Assembly: GCA_964549935.1 (NCBI GenBank)
Contig: CAZJVT010000003.1
Span: forward strand, 78,634 to 142,633
Direction: 5' to 3'
Source: an uncultured Candidatus Saccharibacteria bacterium
Lineage (GTDB): Bacteria > Patescibacteriota > Minisyncoccia > UBA6257 > 1-14-0-10-44-23
DNA length: 64,000 nucleotides
The notes below the pieces were generated by a model. That model was given only the letters and a program-made list of their open reading frames with translations, did no database searches and was not told the DNA's origin. The translations under genes and the position numbers were made by a program. Of the stretch, positions 7,482 to 16,998 are shown in pieces. Each line of letters opens with the position of its first letter. The first letter of the stretch is position 1.

Positions 7482-10265
7482 ATGCCACTCGATAACGTCG
7501 GCTCGTCCGATCCGACTTTCGCTACGGGCGATGGTCGTCGGAGATCTACGAGGCTGGGCCGCCGATCGAATCGGATCGCCCCGGACCCCCGTTATCAGGT
7601 CCAGGCGCTCGACGACATCGCCAGCACGCTGGCCGAGAACGATCGCGCAACCGCGGTCATGGCGTGCGGTGCCGGCAAGACGCTGGTTGCTCTGTGGACA
7701 GCCGAGCGCCAGAGCGCGCGCGTCATCCTTGTCCTGCTTCCGTCTCTGTCGCTCCTCAGCCAGACGCTGAAGACATGGAAGAGGGAGAATGTCTGGGGGA
7801 GCAGGTTCAGCTACATCTGCGTCTGCTCGGACGAGACCGTCGACGCCGGCACCGACGATCCGTCGATGGACGAAGGCTCGATTGATTTCCCGATCGACAC
7901 CGACCCAGCCGAGGTGAGGAAGTTCCTCAGGTCTCGCATCGACGACGTCAAGGTCGTCTTCTCGACCTACCACTCGGCATCGATCGTCGGCGAGGCCGCG
8001 GCCAAGCTGAAAGCGTTCGACTTAGGTGTTTTCGACGAGGCACACCGGACCGCCGGCGCCGCCGGCCGCTCCTTCGGCTTCGCTCTCTCTGACAGGAACA
8101 TTCGGATTCGCAAGCGCCTGTTCATGACGGCGACGCCGCGCCACGTTGATATCCGGCATCGCGATCGTGACGGTGACTTCTGCTCCCGGTCGATGGACGA
8201 CGAGGAGATCTACGGCCCACGCGCCTACACCCTCTCCTTCGCCAAGGCGGTGCGGCTCGGGATCATCTCACGCTACAAGGTCATCGTCTCGATGATCGAT
8301 AAGAAGATGGTCTCGGATTTTGCGCGCAAGCATGGAATCACTCTCGTCAAGGGCGATGCGATCGCTGCCACGAAGATCGCCAACCTGATCGCGATGCGCC
8401 AGGCGATCGGAGCGGTCGACGCGCGCAAGATCATCACCTTCCATGGCCGCGTTCAGCGAGCGAAGGACTTCGCCTCCGATCGTGACGACGGCATCGCACG
8501 CTATCTCGACGGCTTCGAGGTACATCACGTAAACGGCAAGCAGGCCAGTGGAGAGCGCGGCGGCATCATCCGGTCCTTCGCCGAAGCCGATCGCAGCCTC
8601 ATCACGAACGCCAGGTGCCTGACAGAAGGCGTCGACGTCCCGGCGGTCGACATGGTCGCCTTCATCGATCCCAAGCAGAGCCGGATCGACATCGCCCAGG
8701 CCGTCGGCCGAGCCATGCGTAAGCCGCGGGGCCCGACGAGGAAGATCTGCGGCTACGTGGTCATCCCGTTGTTCGCCGGCATGGACGGTGATGATCTTGA
8801 AGATGCGATCAAGGACGGCCGCTTCGACGCGATCGCCGAGGTCGTCAACGCGCTGCAAGAGCATGACGAGGAACTTGTCGAGATCATCAAGGGTATCCGC
8901 GAGCGGAAGGGCGCCGGCGAGAGTTCCTATGGCGGCGAGCTCGGTGACACGATCGAAGCAATTGGCCCTTTCGTGGATCTCGACAAGCTAGCGGCGAGCA
9001 TCGCGGTCGAGGTCGCTGACCGGATCGGTTCCGGCTGGGATGAATGGTATGGGCGACTGAAGAGTTTCGCTGAACGCGCAGGACATTGCAGCGTACCGAG
9101 AGATTACAGAGAGGGCGGATTTAATCTCTCACGGTGGGTTGCTTATCAGCGCCATGCCGCAAAGAAGCTGTCGCCGGATAAGCGGGCAAAACTCGACTCG
9201 ATTGGTTTTTCTTGGAATGTGCGCGCTGATGAGTTCGATAAGGGATATTCGGTCCTCGTGGCTTATCATGCTCGCGAAGGCCATACTCGAGTCCCCTCGC
9301 GTCACATGGAAAGTGGCTTTCGCCTGGGGTCTTGGGTCGCCTCCCGGCGCAAGCACTGCGACAGAATGTCGACTACCCAGAGAGCATCGCTCGACGCGAT
9401 CGGCTTCATCTGGGATCCGTTCGCCGAAGACTTCATGCATGGACTCAACCAGCTCGTTGCTTTCAAGGCGCGCACCGGACACTGCCGGGTACAGGATGGG
9501 TACAAGTCAGAGGGGTTCGATCTCGGAACCTGGGTAGGCACGCAACGCAGGAATCGAGATACCCTGTCCACGGACCGCAAAGCGAAGCTCGATGACATCG
9601 GCTTCATCTGGGATCCGTTCGCCGAAGACTTCATGCGCGGGCTCAACCAGCTCGCTGCTTTCAAGGCGCGCACCGGACACTGCCGGGTACACCCTAAACA
9701 CAAGGAAGACGGATTTAATCTCGGGGCCTGGGTAGGTACGCAACGCAGGAATCGAGATACCGTGACAGTTGACCGTAAGGCGAAGCTCGACGCGATCGGC
9801 TTCATCTGGGATCCGCTAGTCGAAGACTTCATGTGCGGGCTCGCCGCGCTTACTGCTTTCAGAGCCCGCAACGGCCATTGCCGATTGCCTGCAGGGCACA
9901 AGGAAGGTGAATTCAACCTCGCGAACTGGGTCAATAACCTGCGCGCACGAAATAGACGAAACAACTTGCCGGCAGATCGCAAGGCGATGCTCGATGGCAT
10001 CGGTTTCATCTGGGACCCACTGACCGATACCTTGATTCGAGGGCTCGCCCTGCTCAAAGCTTTCCAATCCACCAATGGCCACTGTCGGGTGCCTTTCAGC
10101 TACAAGGTCGACGAATTCAACCTTGGAACCTGGGTCTGGAAGCTACGCAAAAGGCGAGACCTGTCGCCTGACTTCAAGGAGGCGCTCGACAAAATCGGCT
10201 TCTATGAAAACATGACCTATGCCGCGGGAGTATCAGCCAACACATCTAAAGTCATGGCTTCATGA
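7482..10265 (+). CDS. SF2 (ResIII/DEAD-like) helicase with about six C-terminal helicase-associated (HA) repeats
   Basis: MACGAGKT, FDEAHRT, FMTATPR, LTEGVDVP, QAVGRAMR; repeats GHCRV...GFNLGxWVxxQR...LDxIGFIWD. Confidence 0.92.
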   Translation: MPLDNVGSSDPTFATGDGRRRSTRLGRRSNRIAPDPRYQVQALDDIASTLAENDRATAVMACGAGKTLVALWTAERQSARVILVLLPSLSLLSQTLKTWKRENVWGSRFSYICVCSDETVDAGTDDPSMDEGSIDFPIDTDPAEVRKFLRSRIDDVKVVFSTYHSASIVGEAAAKLKAFDLGVFDEAHRTAGAAGRSFGFALSDRNIRIRKRLFMTATPRHVDIRHRDRDGDFCSRSMDDEEIYGPRAYTLSFAKAVRLGIISRYKVIVSMIDKKMVSDFARKHGITLVKGDAIAATKIANLIAMRQAIGAVDARKIITFHGRVQRAKDFASDRDDGIARYLDGFEVHHVNGKQASGERGGIIRSFAEADRSLITNARCLTEGVDVPAVDMVAFIDPKQSRIDIAQAVGRAMRKPRGPTRKICGYVVIPLFAGMDGDDLEDAIKDGRFDAIAEVVNALQEHDEELVEIIKGIRERKGAGESSYGGELGDTIEAIGPFVDLDKLAASIAVEVADRIGSGWDEWYGRLKSFAERAGHCSVPRDYREGGFNLSRWVAYQRHAAKKLSPDKRAKLDSIGFSWNVRADEFDKGYSVLVAYHAREGHTRVPSRHMESGFRLGSWVASRRKHCDRMSTTQRASLDAIGFIWDPFAEDFMHGLNQLVAFKARTGHCRVQDGYKSEGFDLGTWVGTQRRNRDTLSTDRKAKLDDIGFIWDPFAEDFMRGLNQLAAFKARTGHCRVHPKHKEDGFNLGAWVGTQRRNRDTVTVDRKAKLDAIGFIWDPLVEDFMCGLAALTAFRARNGHCRLPAGHKEGEFNLANWVNNLRARNRRNNLPADRKAMLDGIGFIWDPLTDTLIRGLALLKAFQSTNGHCRVPFSYKVDEFNLGTWVWKLRKRRDLSPDFKEALDKIGFYENMTYAAGVSANTSKVMAS
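9390..10210 (+). repeat. Intragenic ~198-bp tandem repeats encoding HA domains
   Basis: TGGGATCCG anchor at 9411, 9609 and 9807; TGGGACCC at 10011. Confidence 0.9.
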
Positions 10266-10429
10266 CCAACTCCCTCGACGAGCCCCATCATGGGCAGGCC
10301 CCGGGTTCGTAAACGACCGGCCTGAACGAAGCCCACCTGGGTTGATAAATGCCGCCGCGCACCCGGCAGCTCCTCCTTTACATAAATCCTGTTTGCTGTT
10401 ATCTATGCTGACAACACCGGAGGAAGCCG

Positions 10430-11077
10430 ATGTCCGCCAACACCGCCAAGCGCAGCCTTTCACTCGCCGCCGCCATGCTCGCGGCCACGCTCGTTTCCTC
10501 ACCGGCTTCCGCCGATCTCCGCAACATCATCCAGAGCCAGCTGCAGGGGCAGCTCCAGCAGCGCGCGATGCCCGGCGTCGCTGCCGGGGTCCCCACCATC
10601 CAGCGGCCGCAGGGCTTTGCGCCCAGCGCCTCCTTCCAGACCTGCTTCACGCCCGGCAACGACTGCACCGGGCTGATCGTGCAGACGATCCGCGAGGCGC
10701 GCAGCCAGGTCCTGGTCATGGCCTACGAGTTCACGTCCGATCCGATCGAGCAGGCCCTGCTCGACGCGAAGCGTCGTCGCCTCGATGTCCGTGTCGTCCT
10801 CGACAAGACCCAGACCCAGCCGAACCGGCGCTCGGCGCGCCTCTTCACCCAGACCGGCATCCCGGTCGTGATCGATGCGCAGCCGGCGATCGCGCACAAC
10901 AAGGTGATGATCCTCGACGGCGTGTCGGTGATCACCGGCAGCTTCAACTTCACGCTCTCCGCCCAGACGCGCAACGCCGAGAACGTGCTGATCGTGCGGA
11001 ACGCGCCCGAGCTCGCGCGGGGCTACATCGGCAACTGGGAAGCGCGCGCCCGGGCCAGCCAGGCGTTCGGAGGTTGA
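10430..11077 (+). CDS. Secreted phospholipase D-family endonuclease (Nuc-like)
   Basis: Signal peptide ending ASA; single HKD motif HNKVMILD..ITGSFNFT..RNAEN. Confidence 0.88.
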   Translation: MSANTAKRSLSLAAAMLAATLVSSPASADLRNIIQSQLQGQLQQRAMPGVAAGVPTIQRPQGFAPSASFQTCFTPGNDCTGLIVQTIREARSQVLVMAYEFTSDPIEQALLDAKRRRLDVRVVLDKTQTQPNRRSARLFTQTGIPVVIDAQPAIAHNKVMILDGVSVITGSFNFTLSAQTRNAENVLIVRNAPELARGYIGNWEARARASQAFGG

Positions 11078-11081
11078 GACC

Positions 11082-11591
11082 ATGAGGCACAAGCCGAACA
11101 TCCACCTTCCGTACACGCGGAAACAGCTCCTCGATTGGGTCGATGCCTCGAAGCTGTCGAAGGCCGTCGCGCTCCTCAAGCGTGGCAAGTCTGGCCGCGA
11201 GATCGATCTGCTCATCCATCTGGGGCTCTGCGACGTCGACGACGCCTACAAGGGCTGGCGCTTCTGGCACGGCGGCAAATGGATCGCTCTCCGAAAGGGC
11301 GCCGAGACCATCGAGCTGGGCTCCGTGCCCAACTACTCGACGTCGAAGGATGCCATGGACTTCCTTCTGTCGCTCCTGCCGGAAGCGAGCATCGCGTCCA
11401 GCTTCGAGAGCTTCGTGGATGTCGTGGCCTCGGTGACCTATGTCAAAGGACGGATCTCTCGCTATGCCGACCTGAAGATCAAGGGAGGTCGAGAGCCGTC
11501 GATCGAGGCCGCGGCGCGCTGTGGAGCCCTGCTTCGTCTTCTGCTTCTCCTTGTTGCAGACAAGGCGCGGCCCGCGAAGGCCGGGGCGTGA
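11082..11591 (+). CDS. Phage ABA-sandwich-like domain protein
   Basis: GREIDLLIH...VPNYSTSKDA...EAAARCGALL. Confidence 0.55.
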   Translation: MRHKPNIHLPYTRKQLLDWVDASKLSKAVALLKRGKSGREIDLLIHLGLCDVDDAYKGWRFWHGGKWIALRKGAETIELGSVPNYSTSKDAMDFLLSLLPEASIASSFESFVDVVASVTYVKGRISRYADLKIKGGREPSIEAAARCGALLRLLLLLVADKARPAKAGA

Positions 11592-11671
11592 GCCATCCTG
11601 TCGTCATCTAGATAGCTCGACACGCGAAAACCCGACCGGCGCCGGCCCGGTCTCGAGGAAGGGTCATCAAG

Positions 11672-12241
11672 ATGCAAAAGATTCCCCATCATCGTGAGCC
11701 TTCCAATCTCACCTCGCTGATCTCGCGCGTCGACCCTCTGTCGCTCCGCGTAATCGCGACCTACATCGAGGCCGGCCGCCGCGGCCGCAAGATCGACTTC
11801 CTCGTCCACCAGGCAATGGCCGAACATCACCTGGCCCTCCAGGGGTGGCGCTATGGCCGTGCCGGCGAGCATCTCGCGATCGAGATCCGTCGACGCCTTG
11901 CCAAGCCGCGCCTTATTCATGGCGTCCCGCGCTACAGCACGTCCAAGGACGCGCTCGACGGGATCGTCCGGCTTCTCCTCCCGCAGGCTTCCATTACATC
12001 GTCCTTCGGCGCCGGCCGCTCTCGCATCGTCGCCGAGACGACCTATGCGAACACGCGTGGCGAAGCCTACATGACCAAGGCGACGGTTCCTGCCAGCAAC
12101 GATCCGGCAGCGGAAGCCGCGGCACGATGCGGCGCTGTCCTGCGCCTGGTAGCCGACATGGCGGTCGAGCGGAGGCGCTTTGCCGACGAGCAGTCCGAAG
12201 ATCGCGGCCGGGCGCCGAAGAAGCGGAACCCTCGCTCGTGA
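11672..12241 (+). CDS. Phage ABA-sandwich-like domain protein (paralog)
   Basis: GRKIDFLVH...VPRYSTSKDA...EAAARCGAVL. Confidence 0.55.
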   Translation: MQKIPHHREPSNLTSLISRVDPLSLRVIATYIEAGRRGRKIDFLVHQAMAEHHLALQGWRYGRAGEHLAIEIRRRLAKPRLIHGVPRYSTSKDALDGIVRLLLPQASITSSFGAGRSRIVAETTYANTRGEAYMTKATVPASNDPAAEAAARCGAVLRLVADMAVERRRFADEQSEDRGRAPKKRNPRS

Positions 12242-13095
12242 CCTGCCGCCTTCCATCGGTCGATCTCGACAAGCGATGGCTCGATCGTCGCGAACGCTGG
12301 GCGCGGCCCGACGTCGTCTTCGATCCCCGCGGCTATGCGGTCGAGGTCGTGCCTGAGCGTCTCGCCCGGGATCTCGTCCTGGCCCATCACTACTCGGGAT
12401 CCTTCCCCGCGGCTCGCCTCTCCGTCGGCCTCTTCCGCAAGTCGGGTCCGGCTGCCGCGGCGGAGCTCGCCGGCGTCGCCGTCTTCTCCGTTCCTATGTC
12501 CTCCGCGGTGATCCCGGCACGCGTCGGCATTCCCGCTGCCGAGGGTGTCGAGCTCGGCCGCTTCGTCTGCCTGCCCGAGGTCGCCTTCAACGGCGAGACC
12601 TGGTTCCTTCGCCGCGCGCTCGCCGCCCTCCGCGTCGAGAAGCGAGAGGTTCGCGCGGTGCTCTCCTATGCCGACCCCCTCGAGCGATGGACAGAGGGCG
12701 GCCTCCTCTGCAAGCCCGCCCATTACGGCACCATCTACCAGGCCGGGAACGCGTCCTTCATCGGCCGCGCCAAACCCAGCTTCGTCGTCATGACCCGTGG
12801 AGGCCAGGTGGTCTCCGGCCGCTCGCTCTCGAAGATCAGGACGCAGGCTCGCGGCCACGTCTATGCGAGCGAGCAGCTCGAGGCCGCCGGCGCCGATCCG
12901 CGCCGACCGCTCGAGGATCCGTCCGACTGGCTTCGCCGCGTGCTGGTCGAGCCCGCCTTCGTGAAGGTCCGTCACCCCGGCAACTACTGCTATGCGTTCG
13001 GGCTCGATCGCGCGGTGAACCAGAACCTGAAGCCGCGGGCGCTCGCCTACCCGAAGAAGCCGACCCAGGCGCCGGAACTGGCGGAGGCCGCCTGA
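12238..13095 (+). CDS. mom: Mom-family (GNAT-fold) adenine modification enzyme
   Basis: HHYSGSFP, GVAVFSVP, VELGRFVC, NGETWF, VLSYADP, HYGTIYQAGN; GTG start overlaps the previous stop. Confidence 0.85.
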   Translation: MTCRLPSVDLDKRWLDRRERWARPDVVFDPRGYAVEVVPERLARDLVLAHHYSGSFPAARLSVGLFRKSGPAAAAELAGVAVFSVPMSSAVIPARVGIPAAEGVELGRFVCLPEVAFNGETWFLRRALAALRVEKREVRAVLSYADPLERWTEGGLLCKPAHYGTIYQAGNASFIGRAKPSFVVMTRGGQVVSGRSLSKIRTQARGHVYASEQLEAAGADPRRPLEDPSDWLRRVLVEPAFVKVRHPGNYCYAFGLDRAVNQNLKPRALAYPKKPTQAPELAEAA

Positions 13096-13097
13096 CC

Positions 13098-13349
13098 ATG
13101 ACCGCGACGCTCGTCTTCGAGCATGAAGGGTGGGCTGTCGCCACCTCTGCCTGGACGGCCGCGGCAGTGGAAGGCACGAGGTCGACCGAGATCTGCTACG
13201 TCTGGTCCATGCTGCCGTCGATGGGCGTGCTCGCCAGCTCGACCGGCGTCGAGCGCCTTACGCTCAGCATCCCCTTCGCGGAATTCCTGGATCGGGTGAA
13301 AGGCGGCGGCGTCGTCGACTTCCGCCGGACAGAAGGAGAGAGCCCATGA
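13098..13349 (+). CDS. Small hypothetical protein
   Basis: MTATLVFEHEGW..., translationally coupled on both sides. Confidence 0.6.
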   Translation: MTATLVFEHEGWAVATSAWTAAAVEGTRSTEICYVWSMLPSMGVLASSTGVERLTLSIPFAEFLDRVKGGGVVDFRRTEGESP

Positions 13350-13597
13350 GCGAGGCGACCGCCCGGCTGTCGCGCGAGGATCTCCTCCGCCTGAAGCACA
13401 AGCTGGTGGGCTCGTGCGACTCGGTCGAGCTGGCCCTCAGCCAGCTCGACCTCGAAGCCTTCGAAGGGTGCGACATGGAGGACCAGCTGCTCGACGTCAA
13501 CGTCGAGCCTTGCGCGGTCTGCGGCTGGTGGTTCGAGAGCCACGATCTCGACCCGGACGTGAACCCCAAGGGCCCCGTCTGCACGGATTGCACCTGA
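13346..13597 (+). CDS. Small phage-type zinc-finger protein
   Basis: RBS GGAG; CAVCGWW...CTDC. Confidence 0.65.
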   Translation: MSEATARLSREDLLRLKHKLVGSCDSVELALSQLDLEAFEGCDMEDQLLDVNVEPCAVCGWWFESHDLDPDVNPKGPVCTDCT

Positions 13598-13598
13598 G

Positions 13599-13871
13599 AT
13601 GCCGGGCACCGGCATCACCATCGGCGGTATCCAGGCGTCCCGAGGCTCGGCGACCGTCTATTGCGGCAATCCGCTCTGCTACAGGTTTCGCCACGGCGCG
13701 ACCAGGAGCCTGAAGCTGGAAACCCTGCCGCCACAGGTCACGGTGGACGAGGTGAAGGTCAGACTTCGCTGCGATGCCTGCGACATGTTCCAGGCCGAGA
13801 TCGTGGTCGTGCTCGGATCGAAGGGGAGCGGCAAGATCGGCCAGGCGGAAATGCGAGGTCTTTTCCGCTGA
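13599..13871 (+). CDS. Small zinc-ribbon protein
   Basis: YCGNPLC...LRCDACD. Confidence 0.6.
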   Translation: MPGTGITIGGIQASRGSATVYCGNPLCYRFRHGATRSLKLETLPPQVTVDEVKVRLRCDACDMFQAEIVVVLGSKGSGKIGQAEMRGLFR

Positions 13872-13872
13872 T

Positions 13873-14259
13873 CTAGTCGAGTTGCGGTCTACTACCCCAC
13901 CATCCCGCCAGCTGGCTAAGCACGTAGAAACCGGCGATGAAGACGATCAGGCCGATCAGGCCCTTCGCGTCGGCCCATATCTCCTGCCGGGTCATGGTCG
14001 GGGTCCGGCGAAGCCAGCTGATCAGGCCCCTGGCGCCCATGACATAGGCTGAACCGATCTGACCGAACGCGAAGGCCAGGGCCATGACCATGGCGATCGC
14101 CAGGCCGAGCCCGAAGATCATCCCCCAGTCCCAACCCAGGTAGATCAGGGCGCAGGCCGCCGCGGCGATCGCAACCAGGAGCGTGAACTCGCCATATCGC
14201 CTGACCAGGTAGTCAATGCGCTCGCCTGTTTTCATCGGGTCAGGTTGGTATCTCGCCAT
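13873..14259 (-). CDS. Membrane protein (about three TM helices)
   Basis: Three hydrophobic stretches. Confidence 0.65.
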   Translation of the reverse strand: MARYQPDPMKTGERIDYLVRRYGEFTLLVAIAAAACALIYLGWDWGMIFGLGLAIAMVMALAFAFGQIGSAYVMGARGLISWLRRTPTMTRQEIWADAKGLIGLIVFIAGFYVLSQLAGWWGSRPQLD

Positions 14260-14370
14260 GGCTCGCGAACCAGATCATATTGCCTTCTCCGATGCGATCT
14301 CAAATCGCGGCGTGCCTGGATCCTGGGATTATGCAACTCTGATAAGTCATTTTTTTCAATGAATTAACCG

Positions 14371-14413
14371 AGTTATAGCGAGTTTATCTCAGTTTATGAT
14401 TTTTTCATAAACT
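14371..14413. promoter_or_regulatory. Operator array upstream of the AAA ATPase
   Basis: AGTT(T)AT at 10-bp spacing (14371, 14381, 14391); inverted repeat AGTTTATGA..TCATAAACT at 14391-14413; AT-rich. Confidence 0.6.
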
Positions 14414-14488
14414 TAGGTAACTTCCTTGAAATTAGGAAAGTAAGTATATATTATCAAAATCAGATAAACCGCCCTAAGGTCGCTATAA

Positions 14489-15721
14489 ATGGACCCCAGA
14501 ACCAATCCCTATGCGCCCGGCGCCGGCTCCCAGCCGCCCGAGCTCGCGGGTCGTGACGAGATCCTGGAGAAGGCCGCGACCGCGCTCGACCGCATCAAGG
14601 CCGGCAAGCAGGCAAGGAGCCTGGTCCTCCACGGCCTTCGCGGGGTCGGCAAGACCGTGCTGCTCAACAAGATCCGGCGCGAGGCCGAGGCACGCGACAT
14701 CCAGAGCGTCGTCATCGAGGCGCCAGAGCATCGCTCCCTCCCCGGGATCCTGGTGCCGGCGCTGCGTGCCGTGCTGATCCGTCTCGATCGCGTCGAGGCC
14801 ACGAAGGCTATCTTCGGCAAGGCCAAGAAGGCGCTCGCCGGCCTGGCGAAGGCCGCGAAGGTGAAATACGAGGACGTCGAGTTCGGTCTCGACTTCGAGG
14901 TCGAGGACGGCCTGGCCGACTCCGGCGACCTCGAGCACGACCTGGGCGAGCTCTTCATGGCGGTCGGCGAGGCTGCCAAGGCGCGCAACACGGCGATCGT
15001 CCTCTACATCGACGAGGTGCAGTATGTGCCCGAGGAGCAACTGGCGGCCCTGATCTCCGCGCTGCATCGCGCGGCGCAGGAGATGCTGCCGGTGACCATG
15101 CTCGCCGCCGGCCTGCCGCAGATCCTGGGGCAGATGGGCAAGGCCAAGTCCTATGCCGAGCGTCTCTTCGAGTTCACCGAGATCGACAGCCTGGGCGCGG
15201 AGTCGGCGAAGAAGGCGCTCTGCAAGCCGGCGGAGGCCGAGAAAGTCACGTTCGAGCAGGGCGCGATCGACGAGATCCTCGAGCAGACCAAGGGGTATCC
15301 GTACTTCCTCCAGGAATGGGGCAAGCACAGCTGGAACATCGCGGCATCCTCGCCGATCACCGCGGCGAACGCGCGCGAGGCGACCAAGTCGGCGATCGCC
15401 GAGCTGGATGCGAGCTTCTTCAGCGTGCGCCTCGATCGCCTGGCGCCGGCGGAGAAGCTTTATCTCCGGGCCATGGCCGAGCTCGGGCCCGGACCGCACC
15501 GCTCGGGCGATATCGCCGCGAGCCTGGGCAAGCCGGTCAACCTCGTCGCACCTACGAGAAACAGCCTCATCGCCAAAGGTATGGTGTTCAGCAAGGCGCA
15601 TGGCGACACCGCCTTCACCGTGCCGCTCTTCGATGGCTTCATGAAGAGGGCCATGGTGTTCAAGCCCGAGGACGGACATAAGCGCAAGCGCGCGGCCGAG
15701 CCGAAGCCGCCGGGCATGTAG
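14489..15721 (+). CDS. AAA_16-like ATPase with a C-terminal winged helix
   Basis: NPYAPGAG..PPELAGRD, Walker A GLRGVGKT, Walker B LYIDEVQ, GYPYFLQ. Confidence 0.85.
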   Translation: MDPRTNPYAPGAGSQPPELAGRDEILEKAATALDRIKAGKQARSLVLHGLRGVGKTVLLNKIRREAEARDIQSVVIEAPEHRSLPGILVPALRAVLIRLDRVEATKAIFGKAKKALAGLAKAAKVKYEDVEFGLDFEVEDGLADSGDLEHDLGELFMAVGEAAKARNTAIVLYIDEVQYVPEEQLAALISALHRAAQEMLPVTMLAAGLPQILGQMGKAKSYAERLFEFTEIDSLGAESAKKALCKPAEAEKVTFEQGAIDEILEQTKGYPYFLQEWGKHSWNIAASSPITAANAREATKSAIAELDASFFSVRLDRLAPAEKLYLRAMAELGPGPHRSGDIAASLGKPVNLVAPTRNSLIAKGMVFSKAHGDTAFTVPLFDGFMKRAMVFKPEDGHKRKRAAEPKPPGM

Positions 15722-15795
15722 GCGGCTTCGGCGAAGTTGCTATTTATCGCGTCTACTGCTATCTATAGTGACGACTGACAAGGGAAGGATCCCAG

Positions 15796-16290
15796 ATGCG
15801 CAGCCCCGTCCTCCTCCTCGGTACCGTCGCCGCACTCGCCCTTCTCGCCGGCGTTGCCGACGCCGCCGATCTTCCCTGCCCCGAGGGCACCTACCCGATC
15901 CACCGCGCGGCCGGAACCGGCCCGAGCTCGATCGAGCTCAAGCGCTACCCGGGCGAATGCTCGGTCAAGGTCGGCAACGAGTGGATGACGGTTCTTCCCG
16001 GCATGGTGAAGGCCCTCGCCGGAACCGATTTCCAGCCGGGCGCCAAGGGATCGGGCCAGGCGATGGGCACCGGCGGCGCCTTCGACTTCGAGGCCAAGGT
16101 CCTTTCGAAGGAGGAGATCGACGTCGCCGGGGCGAAGGTCGAGACCGTGAAGATCGAGGCGACCTCTTCCCGGGTGAAGGACGTCTGGACTGCCTGGTAC
16201 GTGCCGGCCACGGGCATGGTGGTCCGCTATCGCTTCGTGGGTCCCTACCAGTCCTCGGACTGGCAGGTGACGAAGATGCCGGCGCGCTGA
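15796..16290 (+). CDS. Secreted hypothetical protein
   Basis: Signal peptide ending ADA; beta-rich C-terminus AWYVPATGMVVRY. Confidence 0.7.
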   Translation: MRSPVLLLGTVAALALLAGVADAADLPCPEGTYPIHRAAGTGPSSIELKRYPGECSVKVGNEWMTVLPGMVKALAGTDFQPGAKGSGQAMGTGGAFDFEAKVLSKEEIDVAGAKVETVKIEATSSRVKDVWTAWYVPATGMVVRYRFVGPYQSSDWQVTKMPAR

Positions 16291-16313
16291 GCGATCGAGC
16301 AGGGAGAGCTGTC

Positions 16314-16583
16314 ATGACCAAGCCGGCCTTCAGCTCTCCCTACATCGAGAACGAGCAGCAGGAGCGCATCTACCAGCTGGCGAAGCGCCGCCGGGACACC
16401 GCCATCCGTCGGGCTGAAGCGAAGCGCGAGCGGCAGGGACAGGCCGAGCTCACGCGACACAACAGGCGCCTCAGGATCATCTCTGACGTTTGCGAGCACA
16501 CAAAGAGGCTCGCGCAAGAGGAATACGAGGCTTCGGAGATGATGGCCTTCTCGACGGCGTCCGGCAGCGCCGAGAAGGCGTGA
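16314..16583 (+). CDS. Small helical hypothetical protein
   Basis: RBS GGAG; MTKPAFSSPY... Confidence 0.55.
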   Translation: MTKPAFSSPYIENEQQERIYQLAKRRRDTAIRRAEAKRERQGQAELTRHNRRLRIISDVCEHTKRLAQEEYEASEMMAFSTASGSAEKA

Positions 16584-16632
16584 TAGCGATCCATCCGGAC
16601 GACACCACAGCAGACGATGCCCGAAGGTTACG

Positions 16633-16974
16633 ATGATCGGCATCAGGAAGGTCACCACGCACCATCACGGTCGCTCGATCGAGTGGAACGAGAGCGTCAT
16701 CCGCATCTCGGCGATCGTCGACGGCCTCGCCGTCTCCATCCAGAAGTTGCACAAGTCGACCTTCCAGAAATCCCGCGGCGGCAAGCTTGCGAAGTCCGAT
16801 GCTCCCCGCTATCGCGTGCTCGTCGACAACATCTTCGTCCAGCCCGGCTGGGGCTTCAGGCGAGATCTGAAGCAGGCGAAGGACGACGGTGTCGCGCTGG
16901 CGATCGGAACCGCTGCCGCGGTCGCCGAAAGCAGGAAGCAAACCCGAAAGAAGAGCGCCGCGACCAAGACCTGA
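16633..16974 (+). CDS. Basic hypothetical protein
   Basis: RBS GAAGG; GC3-biased ORF. Confidence 0.55.
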   Translation: MIGIRKVTTHHHGRSIEWNESVIRISAIVDGLAVSIQKLHKSTFQKSRGGKLAKSDAPRYRVLVDNIFVQPGWGFRRDLKQAKDDGVALAIGTAAAVAESRKQTRKKSAATKT

Positions 16975-16998
16975 CGCGGGTCACCTCAAAACCGCGGC

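Noticed and set aside
9390-10210. Possible CRISPR array or DGR repeat
   Set aside because: In-frame protein domain repeats with no spacers, cas genes or reverse transcriptase.
11845-12237. N-terminal extension of the Mom ORF
   Set aside because: Overlaps the real gene 11672-12241; the GTG at 12238 is the coupled start.
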